DNA of 64,000 nucleotides, the filler included, from Hyphochytrium catenoides (Eukaryota > Protista > Hyphochytriomycota): assembly GCA_900088475.1 (NCBI GenBank). It is 10 parts of 10 records of this genome, joined end to end, with 100 filler letters (N's around TTAATTAATTAA, not from the genome) between each part and the next. Parts side by side here need not be neighbours in the genome. Positions count along the whole stretch, not along the records: positions 1 to 7,690 come from FLMG01001717.1; positions 7,791 to 10,322 come from FLMG01003662.1; positions 10,423 to 13,214 come from FLMG01003031.1; 7 more parts are not named here. One strand, 5' to 3'. Both the position numbers and the translations under genes were made by a program. The notes under the pieces were generated by a model. The model was given only the letters and a program-made list of their open reading frames with translations. It was not told the origin of the DNA and did not search any database. Position 1 is the first letter of the stretch, and every line of letters begins with the position of its first letter. This document shows positions 1 through 12,172 of this stretch, piece by piece.

Positions 1-46
1 AAGAGAAGGGAGTCAGTCTAGAATGGGTAGAGTTTTGAGGGCTAGA

Positions 47-3000
47 TCACCTGTTGCCAAGTGCTTCAGACGCACTATCGCCGGGGTTGGTGCCTTCTTT
101 CTGAGAGAGTCGGCTTTGGAGATGTCGGAGGAGTTTCTGCATGGCTGCTTGCTTCTTAAGAACTAATTTGAGCTTCATTGCCTGTTCTTCACGCTGATCC
201 GTATTTGAAAGCTTATTTTGGCTTACTATGTGAGCTTCAACGCATTCTTCACCCTGCCCACTCGGGGTGTTGATAGTAGAAGCGACACTGCGAAGAGCAG
301 CGGAGTCATTTCCATCTAGCACCAACTACCTAAGTTAATGAAGCGACATCACGGAAAACCTGCCAGTTCATCCTATAATTCTTTACCTAGATTGATATTT
401 TTCTCTGTCTTGATGGCGAGAGAAGCGCCTGCTGGCTCTCGTCCGGATTCAGCGAGCTTTCTCTCGGAGCCATTACATTGACCTTTTTTTGATGAAGCAT
501 GCTGGGTAATTACAAGTGTGGACGGGTACTTTCCCGAAGCGGCTCCCTGGCTCCCGAAGGGGGACTCTCGCGTTGGGCTGGTCTTGGAGGCAGTAGTGGT
601 AGTAATAGTGGCAGCCACAGCGCTAGACTTGTCTGCGCAGGGCTTGTTCCTCCGATTACACTGAGCAATGTCTTCTTCATCTGCGCTAGACTCATCTCGG
701 AACACGGACTTCAGCAGTTCTTCGGGTGACGGGGTCCGTTGGTAGCGGCGGCAAGGATAAAAGGCAAATGTCAAAGACTAGGCTTCAACCTTACGGGTAG
801 CTAGGTGGCAGTCATATGTTGCCGTGTGTGGAACCTGTCGGTTTACCGTGCACCGATTGGTTTACTCTGCAACATGACAGGTGCACAAAGGAGTGAGGAG
901 AATACGCAGGAGAGGTAAGTGGTTAGCCTAAGTCCACTTGGCCGGTACCTGAGATGGGACGTCTAAAGAGATCGAAGGTGGCGGTGGAAGCAGTGTTGAA
1001 AGTAGTGGGTTGTTGCCTTTATAGCAAGAAATGAACCAAATGGGTTGGTCTTCAAAATAATAAGTACTTGATGAAAAGACAAGAGCAACCGTCCTGTCGA
1101 GATATGTCTCCTCCACTTACCACCTGACCTTGTGCTTTTGAACGCCGTCCAATGCGTCTGCCATATCTGGCTCTTCTCCCCAATATCTAGCAGCCCACAC
1201 AACAAGCCAAATATGATTAAAAAAAAAGATAATGTGAGCTCTTAGGGGAGGCCCAGGCTATAAGACTAAGTAGTAAAATTGGCAAGCGACTTTGTCGTAC
1301 GAATGGGAGTTTTCAGCGGTGCAGCCATAGCCGGCTGCAACTCTTAACCGCAGCAGTAGAGACAGTGTTCTGACATCTTACATTGCAGGGCTTTGGCATA
1401 CAGTTTATCGCCGAACCGCGCCCGTAGAAGGTCCATTTCTGCGTTGTAGCAGTGCTCCTTCAGCATCGTTTTTTTCTCTTCCAGAGATAGGGCCATGGCT
1501 GGGTTGCTCCCCTTATCTTGCGATCGTCGTTCGTCTTCTTCTTGCTGACCCTGCTTTCTCCTCTGAATGAGGAAGGTGAGCTCTCACCGACAGCGTCGTC
1601 CCACCCAACCGGTATAATACCTAAGCGCCGTGAATGGAGAGACGTGGTAGGGCTTGAGTAAGAGCAGCGCCAACAACTACCTTTGCACCTTCTATTCCTA
1701 GATCACATCACAGAAGGGAGAGAAGTGTCTAAAGCTGCTAGAGCGAGGATAAGCTGAGGAGCTAAGAGAACATTCGAAGACATGCTGCATTTACCTTCTT
1801 ACCTCCACTGCTTCAGGCAGGGGATGCAAGAGCCTTCTTCTTTTCTTGGGTGGAGGAGCGGATGGGCTTTTTCCGTCGTTATCACCTTCACAATTCTTTG
1901 ACTGGGTGCGGCCAGAAAATGTGCTTAGATGTCAGGAGAGACCAGGCACAGCAACGACTATATCTCTTCTTTGCTTTGTCAAAGCTAGTAGTAGACTACT
2001 AGTAACTGTGTCCTTACCCCCGCTACCACTTTCTGGGTAGTAGTGTCAGCTTTGATACCATCTTCTGCCCTAAACATTCCCGTGAGTACAGCTTTGGCAG
2101 TTCTGAATCCTGGGAGGTGGTGTATGTCACTACATGATGCAGCTCTGCCTACCAAGACAGTGCGTGAACAAGTAAGTGTACCGCAACCAACGTAAACTCC
2201 GGCCACCCAGCAATATGTAGATTGCTGTCGTTGCCAACAACCACCACACAAAAATAAAAGCAAAGACTGACTTGCAGTCGCAGAACAGAGAAGACTTGTT
2301 TGATGATTGGATTGACATTGCATGAATTACTTCGTGGCTCTTCACCTCGATTGCTGCAAGGCACCGGTGATTCGCCAATATCTTTCTCACTGCCAAAGTT
2401 GCCCGTTATACGAGGAGAGTCAGAATCTGGCTGTGATCATCAACAAAAACGTTCAGTCAGGAATCCCATCGATCCGGCAGATCCCTTTCCTGTCAATAAC
2501 CTACCACATCTTTGTCGTAGTCCGATGCTCCAATCTCTTCTTTGACAGGAGTGCCTGTCCGTTTTACTTGGAAGCAGCAAAAGAAGTTCCAAGGTTACCT
2601 CCAGTGTTAGGTTTGACATAGCACCTGACAACACAGAGCTAACACAGCTTCCCTCAACATCTAACTCACCTTTAAACTTCATTCTACCATATGCCACTTC
2701 TTTTAAACTCTCTGTGGTGGCATGCTTGGCATAGACAGGAACGAATATCTCGGTAGACTGATTATCCTCATCGACACTACTTTCTTGGTAACAGGGGACT
2801 TGTGGTCAGTATGACAATTAAAGGGCTCATTTAGATGCTTGCAAAACTTGATAATAATGACACGAAGGATATCTTTATAAAGGATCTCAAATGGCATGCT
2901 AGTCATCCATGCTTTTTTTCAGAGCAAGTTTCAGAAAAGATCAATGTGCAGGTCATCAGTCAAAGGATCTGAACAGCCCTCAGCGCTGCTTGACAAGTAA

Positions 3001-4130
3001 CGAACTCCATCATGTCGTCGGTAGCTCTTACCTGCTGCCATTGTTAATCCCTCCAAAGGGTCGAACTTCGTTTTTTGGCTGGTTCGCGTTGGACCCTTCT
3101 GAGGAGGGCTGACAGGATCTAAAGGAACCTCCACACTCCACGGCCTTCGCTGCTGCTCTTCTTCTAATACTATACGATTATATCCTTCCAGGAGTGCTTT
3201 ACCATCCAGGCCAGGTTCACTAGGCCTCATCAATCTGGCGGCGGCTGCTTCTTTGCCAACAACGAGCTTTGCCAGCATACTTCCAGTCTGATGAGCATAA
3301 CAATTACATCGAAACAATAGTTAGCAGTAGTTCTCAACAGGTTATAGCTAAGGATAATAGGAGTGCAGGAAGCTGTTTGCAGTGGACAATACCGATACTA
3401 CAGAGAATACTAGTTAGTACCTGCGGCTGTCCTCCTGTACATAGATCATTGGAACTGGTGGCGACTTCCTCAATTTGCCTACTGCTTGGTAGCTTCTTGG
3501 TGAGCACGCTCGGCGACGGACCGTCCTCGCAGCCTTCACCTTCCCGTGAGGAATCCTTATGCGGAGCCTCCTCCTTTCTCTCCGTCTGCTGCTTCATTGA
3601 GTCTAATACGCTTACGGGCTGGTGCTCTCTTTGTTGTTGACCGTGCGGTTGTGACACTAATCCTGTTGTTGCGGCCCTCAGTAACGTAGAAAGAGACGTT
3701 AACCGACGAAGAGGGTACTCCGACTCAGCTATAGGAGCCATCATCAGATGATAGTAAGGGCTACACTTTACCTCTCTGATCGGGGAGAGCTGCTGCAATT
3801 AATTGGGGGTGAAGTGTGGCTTTTGACCGAGGCAGGGACTGACGACGTTGAAACAACATCCTAGTTTGTGCTTCTACGCCTTCTAACAACAGTGATGAGT
3901 TGATGCTGCCACTGTCTTCAGTGATGGTCTGAGCGGTCCTCTTTGCGTCTCATCTCTAATCGAGTCAACCTCTGAGCGGTTTGTCCCATTTGTCCCATAT
4001 GCTACTGCAGTCAAAGAACCGGTCGGCAACGTTATTGTCCTGCTGGACTAACAGGGACTTCCTGGGATTATTAATTGTGAGCGCATCAATTGCAGCCGCT
4101 GGAGTAGCAATTGCTCAGCCGCCACCTCTG
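47..4130 (-). CDS. Hypothetical multi-exon gene(s), low-complexity/coiled-coil protein; exon structure only partly resolved
   Basis: Chain of minus-strand ORF segments (47-325, 373-774, ~1100-1190, ~1380-1565, 2931-3317, 3334-3798) with GT-AG junctions, e.g. ...KLYAKALQ|YIGEKSQIWQTHWTAFKSTRSG. No recognisable domain. Confidence 0.35.
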
Positions 4131-5029
4131 ATCCTGCAAAGGGTACACAGCCAAACCACCACACCTACTGCAAAGAGCACGGATGGAGACGACGACGATT
4201 ATTCCACGATAGGAGAAACTATGAAATGATAAGAGGAAGCTCATCGCTTCCCTTCTTCGTTCCGCAGCCGAACGGCGCGCTGCGGCGCCACTAGTACTAT
4301 TAGACAGAGATTTCTATTTCGCAGCACCGGCAGCTTCCCTCCTCTTCTTTCTCTCCCACCAAATAAAGCGCATCGTAATTTCTAACTCCGTTCGAATACG
4401 TTCGAATATCATTTCGAGTAATTTCTAAATAGAAATACAAATAAACGGGATCGTGAATGGATTCCAGTCAAATTATACCACGGTTATTAGTATAGGCCTT
4501 ACCAGTAGTGTTCTTTGTGCCACTCACAAGCCTCCCCCTACTTACCCCCCTTCTTTCCCTTTGTTCCCTTCTTTCCCAGTACTGTTTTCACAACAGTAAC
4601 ACCAACAAATCATCAGTAACAATTTTCCCTTGCCTTACTTGTAGCACCCCACCGTCATCCTAACCGTTATCTCTACCGTCCAAGCTCTCAGTAGTTATGG
4701 CCTAGATAGTAGTGGAACACAGGGCTCATCTATTATCTCTACCTTGCAGGCGTCCGGTCCGGCTAGTAGTAGAACACAGGGCATCCGTCCATCGTGATGC
4801 CAAGAGAAGTAAACCATTCTTTCTCATAACTTTGCCATTGCAACGATCTCCTTATCAAGAGGACACAGACAGAAGAAAGCACTTACAAGAGTAGGACAAA
4901 TGCTCTTCTCATCATCTTTTGGTGGCGCCTGGCGGGGTAAGGGAGACATCACACAGGTCTCCGTAGTGGTGTGCGCTGTCCGGCCGCGGATGATGATGCG
5001 CCATCATCCGAATGATCTTCCTTTTCACC

Positions 5030-7083
5030 TCACATTACGTCCAATACTATCGGCGACCTATTCCTAGCCATTGATAGCATCTGTCCACCACTCCCGTTCG
5101 AAAGTGGCGCAGTAAGATGGATAAGGTCAGACTTTCCCTTTGACAGCAGAATGAGGCGGTCTTCAGGAGCGAAGCTATAAAACCAGGACTGGGACTCTAC
5201 AACCGCGGATGTCTGCCTGGTATCGGTTGCCGTATTACCACTACCCAGAATGGAGGATGTCTGAGACTCACTCAGGCGCACGCGCTTTGAGACATTGTTG
5301 GACTCTCCGTGGAGCACTGCTGGCTCCCTCGAGCTTTTTTCTAGGACCACGGAACGTGTGGTGTCATCGGAAGCGGCAAGCTGTGCCGTACGAAGGCCCT
5401 CAAACGTCCATTGCACCCGAAAGTGTTCACCGTCTTCATCTACCGGCTGAATCTGCACGTCATACCACCGCATGTTGATATATCCGCGACGTGATTGCCT
5501 CCTGAATGAGAAACAGGCAAAGGGAATGTCAATTGAGGTCGAGCCCCTCAACAGCAAGACCACCCGACGAACGAGAAGAGTAATATGTGAGGACCATAAG
5601 ATTGTAGGTATCATCCACGCACCAAAATGAGAGAATACTTGCAGCCCCCAGCACCTCTACGGCTGGCTCAAGCAACAGGCAGTGCTCGTGAAGAATTGTC
5701 TTTGGGCTGAACCTTCGCTCATTCGCTTTAAGAAATATATCTGCGATAAGCTGCTGCCGTCGGCCTCTTGTTATTGCTTTTTCCCCACCACAGCAGTGGC
5801 CGCTATTGTTGTTATTCTTGGGAGAGAATGCAAACTGTACTAGCACTTTCAGGTGCGAATGCTGAGCTTCGAGCTCTCTAAGCCGCTGCTCTAGACTCCT
5901 CATCTTTTGGCGTTCCTTGTCACGGTATTTGCGACAGGCGATGACATTCTTTCGCCTATCGTTAGGCGGAAGAAGCGAAGGAGTAGATGAGGGACTGCTT
6001 AGGAACCCTTCCCAAAATTATCAGTTGCCTTTGTGATATCAGTGCCTACCTTGCTAAGTCTAGTAGGGTAGGAGAAGCGTATACTTCTTCCACAGGAGCG
6101 GCGCCCTTGTTCGATTTTTTGGCAGCTTGCCTTTGCGTGGCTCCGTCATTCAGGGATGAGAAGGGTGAAAAGCATGATGGGAGTAAGGATGACCGGCAAG
6201 AAGTCTTGTCACTATCTACCCGTGCCATCACGGGGTTCTCTTGTAGACCTACTGTCCGTAATGTTGGACCTGGTCTCTTCCTTTTTCTCTGCCTCGTCGA
6301 CATGGGACGCGCTTTACTAAGATGACAGTAAGAATCACTGTCTGAAGATGTTTCTCCTCTTAGAGCGGCCTCAGGCGCTATGGATTGGAACACTTGGTAA
6401 GGTAGACTGTCGACTCTTATGTTCTGTGAAGAAGAGGGGATGTGGGGAAAGTAGTAGCAGCAGTTGGGGCGGAATGAATGAGCTACAGACTCTTTTCATT
6501 GCTTAGCGCAGTCTTTATCTGGGTTCCTTACCGCACATGAAGATGTGAGAAGAGACGTTGTAGGCTTCACTAACCGTCGTACCTCCTCGCTTGCCACTGC
6601 TGCTTGGGCTCTACTCTCATAATCTTGTCCCTGGTCATAGTGCGAAAAGACTTGGATGGGTTCTGACCATACTGGTGAGGATGAGAGAAATGGAAGGCTT
6701 AAATCAGGGACTGTTGATGATGACGATGGTATAATTGATGATGAGGACAATGACCCATGCGACAGGGGATCATCGACCATCATCACAAAACTGCTGCCGG
6801 CAATATGACTGTAATCGTCATCCATCGATGGTGGATGGCGTACACTTGATGTCTGTTGAGCGGCAGAGATGCTTGGCGGAGACGATGGAGAAGATAGCAG
6901 CCATGACGCCAGGAGAGGCGAATGGAAGTATTCATCGGGAGGCGGGCAATAAGCGAAAGCCTCATGCTGATGGTTTTGCATTCTTGCAGAATGCCTGTTG
7001 GTCCGCTGTAACCCAAAATGACATTCTTTGTTATTTGCTCTACCTGAAAGGCATTCTTTTTGGATAAGGTAAGGCTCTTCCAT
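5030..7083 (-). CDS. bZIP transcription factor with C-terminal SnoaL/NTF2-like domain (about 4 exons; 5' end approximate)
   Basis: Splicing AG|GTAG (~6050) to tag|G (~5955) gives LDLARRKNVIACRKYRDKERQKMRSLEQRLRELEAQHSHLKVLV, a basic N-x7-R motif plus leucine heptads. A further intron joins SILSFW to RQSRRGYINMRWYDVQIQPVDEDGEHFRVQWTFEG. The N-terminus is Ser/Pro-rich. Confidence 0.75.
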
Positions 7084-7690
7084 TGGCAAGGAGATGGGAT
7101 AATGAATGGTACTTACTGCCTTGTCGATATAGCGTCAACTCACCAGATCTTCTATCTTTGATAATGCTGCGCTGATCATCGTCCTTCTCGGTAGGAAGTA
7201 CTAAGATGCGTGCTCCTCACGCCACTCACTCGCTTACGCAGAGACAACAACAGCAGCAGGCCGACCAAGATTTCTTTTAGACAGCAGTGAGTGTATCATA
7301 GCCAAAGACTCCCAGGAACTCAACGAAGCTTCGAACTATCTGGTCGGCGCGCCGTTCGATCGTTAGAGCGGCTGCTCTTGTCAACTCCCGCACTCAAAGA
7401 ATCGCCTATTGAGATCTTGCAGGAGGGAGGAGGATAAGGGCAGTCACAGGAAACCGTACCATCAGATTTATTAGATTGTTCGTTCTTTTGAAAGGTCACG
7501 CCAACATACGAATCACTCCTTAATTTTTTCTAGTAATAAAGGCCACATTATTAACAAGAAAGATAAGGGAGTGAAGTAAAAAAGTAAAGTAAATAAATCA
7601 ATAAGGGAGAGAAACGGCCAAAGGATTGATGGCTCGTTACTCCTGAAGTATGGCGTTTTTCTGTCTGTTTTGTCTCTGCTCCTTTTTCTT

Positions 7691-7790
7691 NNNNNNNNNN
7701 NNNNNNNNNNNNNNNNNNNNNNNNNNNNNNNNNNTTAATTAATTAANNNNNNNNNNNNNNNNNNNNNNNNNNNNNNNNNNNNNNNNNNNN
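7691..7790. other. Assembly spacer N44-TTAATTAATTAA-N44 (also at 10323-10422, 13215-13314, 14858-14957, 24315-24414, 26991-27090, 50448-50547, 60261-60360, 61742-61841)
   Basis: Identical 100-nt linker with stops in all six frames. Plain N gaps at 23601, 41819, 42095, 42840 and 48964 are ordinary scaffold gaps. Confidence 0.97.
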
Positions 7791-7878
7791 ATCATATATA
7801 TATGAATACTTCAAAGAAGACGACGGGAGGACTGGGGGATAGAAGAGAACAGCATAGAAGGCAGCCACATTTGCATCA

Positions 7879-10130
7879 TCAAACCTTTTTTATATGCTTT
7901 GCGCGGTTCTTAAGCTCCTCGTTGGCCCCTCCAGGAAGGAGGTCCTGGCAAGCCTCTAGAAATTTTGTATGAAGCTCCAGTTCCTTAGAAGTGACTTCAC
8001 CCAGAACTCCATCGCTAAGGAGACACTTCTGAATGATGTCGCTCCCCGGGAGTCTTGAGAATCTTTTTCTGAACAAAGCCCGACACGAAGCCTCTTGTTG
8101 TGATGAGTTACCTTCATTTCCTAGTGTGGCTGGTACTGACCCTCTCTCTCCTCCTCACCGTCGTCACTTACCTTCTTCTTAAGGGTCTTCTTTCCAATTC
8201 TTGTCTGCCTTTTTCAACATTATTTCCTTCGCCTCCCCGAGAGTACTTTGGTCCTGCATCATGGCCCTTTGAGCCATCAATTCCTCTTGTCCTTCGCTAT
8301 CACCATCATCCTGATAGGTTATCTCCTCCTCCCTGGCAGCTTTCAGGTCGTCGTCTTCCTCGCCGATTCCTCTTTCACCTTCAGCTCTCTGTCTACTATC
8401 CTCAAAACTTAAGCGCTTTCTGGGCAGCGCCGTCGTCGGGGGGCTTTCGGCAAGGAGACCATGTCCTAGGGGCGGCCATTTTTCGCGAGTTGCTCTACCC
8501 TTGCCAAAACCGGTATCGGCAGGACGATGGGGAGGAGTGCTTGCACTGAACCAGCCATTACTGGATTTCTTCTTCGACTGGTAATGGTGGTGTTGCTTTC
8601 TTCTCAGCTTTTGTTCCTCGTAAACTCTATCTCTGGTCAGACCCCGGGATGGAGGAGTCAACTGTCCACCAATATCGGTATTGCTTTTCTTATCACTGGT
8701 AATAGTAGTGAAGCCTTTCCGTAACGAGTAACGAACCCTTACTACCCTCATTTTTCTGATTGTCCTCTTCCCCTTCGCGGTTTTCGGTGTCGCTGTTCTT
8801 CCCCATGGACTCGAAGTTTGGCTACTATCACCAGCGGCGGCAGCGATAGGGCCAACGACGACGACTAGCCACCAAGTATTCTCTATTATTAGCAGGGAAG
8901 AAGAACAAGAAGAGAAAGAAGAAGAGGAAGAAGAAGAAGAAGAAAAGATCGATGCTAGAGTTAGAAATATGGCAGGACAAGGAGGAGACTCTCAGAAGTG
9001 ATACGTTTAGATACATGTACCCGCAGACGGCGCCGCAACAACACCATTGAGTGGCCAGCACCGAGTTTGTGGCAAGGCCGGCTGCGCAGTTAGGTAGAAT
9101 GAGACAGTCGTTGTTTTCGCTAACTGTACAGATCTATCTCCAGTGTCTCTCGGGTTCACAAAGATGGAGTAGTATTGTGGCATGGCAGAGACAAAGCCAA
9201 CCTTGAAGGTTTCAGAGGATGCGAAAGCTAAGTGGAAATAAACCTGACACTTCAATAGTGTTGTTGAAAGTGCCACAGTCAAAGATCCAAACGGATTATT
9301 TCAGTCCACGATGAAGCTTTCATCGTTGAAAGGTGAACGGGGTCTTCCATAGTAATAACAACAAAGGGGATCGGCTACGGCGGAAGCGAATGGAAAGGAG
9401 GATGGGCTGCAGTAGAAAGGAAACAAGAATCTCACCCGCTAAGATGGTGGCGCCCTCCTTGGCCACTGCTATCTCAATAAAAATGACCTCAAAAGGGCGA
9501 TTGGCCCCAACCAGACGATCAAGTTCTGTCGCTGCAGCGTAAGTACAGGTAGCACCATGGCCATTCTTTGACCTTACGAAGAAGGTACTGCATAAATTAT
9601 TAGTACTCCGAATTGATACTTCATTGCCAGGCCTGTTACGAAGCATGGAGAAGTCACAGCACCCCTAAGATGAAGGCAGACGCCCTTCCTTGTGAACAAG
9701 GAATGTGGGTCAACAGCTACTACTATCGAAAGCATCTTTGTCAAAATGGGAGGTGGAGATGATAAGTAAAAGGACGGTAGACAATCAAGAAGAAGGTATA
9801 GAAGAAAAACGACTCTTGTTACCCTTTTGCCGAGCTTTAAGCTGGTAATAGGTTGGTTAGCTATTGATGCGACGTCTTTGCCATGGATAATGCAGGCGGA
9901 AGAGGAGACAGTTATTATTAACAGGAGGTCAAGTAGTAGTTAGTAGTGATGATGTAGAGGCCGGCAAGAAGGCTTGGTCGTAGAGGCGACGCAGATGAAG
10001 AAAGCAGGGCGAGTGACAATGACTGGAATTGCTCCCTTTCCGAAACGTCGATGAGCAGCTCTTCCGCTAGAGAAAGGAGCTCTATCGCTTCGGGTGAGCG
10101 TCCATCATCAGCGACATTGAGGTCCACGAA
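7879..10130 (-). pseudogene. Degenerate or unresolved hypothetical multi-exon gene
   Basis: Protein-like minus-strand segments (7879-8076, 8179-8751, 9007-9282, 9320-9646) with splice-like ends, but an in-frame TGA (...ESFIVD*NNPFGS...) and apparent frame switches near 8700-8800 and 8180. Confidence 0.3.
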
Positions 10131-11710
10131 GAGCCCGACTCCATAGTGACAGCTCGTGGGGTCGTAACTTTAGCGCTTCTCTGTCGTCCCTACGCCCCTC
10201 CTCCGCTTCATCTCATTATTACTAGTCTATAGGGTTATTTATCCGATGTTTATCCAATATAAGCTGCTTTTCACGATCATTTCCTCTTCTGACGTCGCTC
10301 TCCTCGCTGTTCTCTTCTTATANNNNNNNNNNNNNNNNNNNNNNNNNNNNNNNNNNNNNNNNNNNNTTAATTAATTAANNNNNNNNNNNNNNNNNNNNNN
10401 NNNNNNNNNNNNNNNNNNNNNNGAAAGTTTCTCAGTCTGGGACTAGACTGTTGCTCCTCTTCTCCGACCCTATCGTCTTTGTATCTAGAAGTCCCGTAGC
10501 GGAGTGTCCATTGGAGACGACGGAAAAGGTCGCCTTCTTCTGTAGGCGCCAACATTGCCGCTGGGCCCTTGTTAGTAGCTTTATTTCTCTCTCGTTCTGG
10601 CCTTATCTCTCTCGATTCTCCCGTGGGCTTGCACTTCTTGGTTATGCTGAAGTAACGCTCTGGCCGCAGGAGCCATATAGAGCTGCTAATTACTACCCGG
10701 ACGGCAGCTGGAGAGCTTTGCAACCGATAAATGTCTATGTATAAGGTCCCTCGCCTAATGGTGTAAGGATATGCCATGAGGATGGTCATCAGTCACCGTA
10801 AGCAGCAATAAAGGTGTACTTGGCTTCTATCCCTCACTGGTTCTCATTGCTTCGCCTAAGCACAGTGATGCTTGGTCTCCTCTGTCGTCCGTTTGGCCTT
10901 TCCCAATCACTAGACCCTAACTCGCTCCTCGCATCTACCTTTGTGTCTTCCTCAGAACCGCTCTTCCGTGACTCTTACCCGTCGTCCTACTTTCTCGTTT
11001 TCCCTACAATCTTTCCATTCTCCTACAAGTAAGATGGTCCTGAGTCGTAGAGCTGGCGTGCCTTAGTCTGATCTAATGGCTGTGGGCTTAAAAGTATCGA
11101 CTGCTTACGTTAGACCTTTATAAGCATTCCCTCAGCTCATAACTTTCCAGTTGGTGAGACGCAGTTCTGGAGAAGTTAACGGAGACAAGAACAGTGCAGA
11201 ATATGAAGGAGCCACCGCTAGACTGTCATTCCTATAAGGAACTGTAGAGACATTATCAAGTTGTTCAATAAGGAAAGATATGAATAGAGCGGGATGGAGC
11301 TTCTCGAAGAGATGCTGACTTTAGCTCATCTAACAGAAGAGACTCCACCACTTGTGCCGGATGATCCTGAGTTTGTTTCAACTCTGTGGACTAATCGCTT
11401 CTCGTTTATTTATAAGAAATATCCTTCTACCTTTACAGTGAGCCATTCTTCTCTTCTCACATCGTCTTGGCCTTCTAGAGGCCACCTTCCTCCTTATGAT
11501 ACAGATGAACCGCGACGTTTGAAAGCGTTACACAGAGTTGTGATATGGTCTTCTTAGTATGTCTGTTAGTTTACTACGAGGTAGAGAACTAGCGCCTTCG
11601 AGAAGCAAAGGGCGGAATCAACAAAGAGAGCTCTTTTCTGTTTCTGTCTCTGTATCCTTCTGCCTTGGTCATCATCGCGCTGAGAACTGTGTTGGGTGGA
11701 CCTGTTGATC

Positions 11711-12172
11711 TCACTTCTTGGCATCTTTCTTGGCGCCCTTTTTAGCATCTGCCTTCTTAGCTGCAGGAGCTGCGGGAGCCTCCTTTGCGGCAGGAGCAGC
11801 CTCCTTCTTCTCCTCTGGAGCGGTCGTAGGCTCTGCAGGCTTCACCTCTGCCTCAGCCTTCTTTTCTGTATCCTTCTCGGGCTTCTCAGCCTTCTTTTTT
11901 GCCACCATCTTGGTCACTTTCTTTACGATAGGCTTTGCGGGTGCAACTGGGAACGAGGGAGAGACAAAGCAAGCGTCAGAGAGTAAGCGATTAGTGGCAG
12001 TGGCAGAGAGACCTTTATCCGATAGAGTAACAAAGAGGGAAAGAGCAAATGCAACAGACGCACAGTGAGGCGAGATCTTTTGTATAGGTAAACGTTGGCT
12101 ACCTGGCTTGCCAGAGAGCCGTGCCGACCGTCTAGAAGGCTCTGTTGTTCCCTTAGCTGCTTTCTTTGCCAT
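11711..12172 (-). CDS. Small Lys/Ala/Glu/Pro-rich chromatin protein with HMGN-type nucleosome-binding motif (exons 12172-12103 and 11946-11711; 101 aa)
   Basis: Spliced product MAKKAAKGTTEPSRRSARLSGKP-VAPAKPIVKKVTKMVAKKKAEKPEKDTEKKAEAEVKPAEP...KKDAKK. Canonical GT...cccag intron at 11947-12102. Confidence 0.8.
   Translation of the reverse strand: MAKKAAKGTTEPSRRSARLSGKPGSQRLPIQKISPHCASVAFALSLFVTLSDKGLSATATNRLLSDACFVSPSFPVAPAKPIVKKVTKMVAKKKAEKPEKDTEKKAEAEVKPAEPTTAPEEKKEAAPAAKEAPAAPAAKKADAKKGAKKDAKK

Noticed and set aside
7735-7746. Recurrent TTAATTAATTAA palindrome as a biological repeat or recombination site
   Set aside because: Always centred in N44 flanks; it is an artificial six-frame-stop contig linker.
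10423-11560. ORFs 10451-10744, 10814-11032 and 11294-11557
   Set aside because: No recognisable motifs or consistent splice model; left unannotated.
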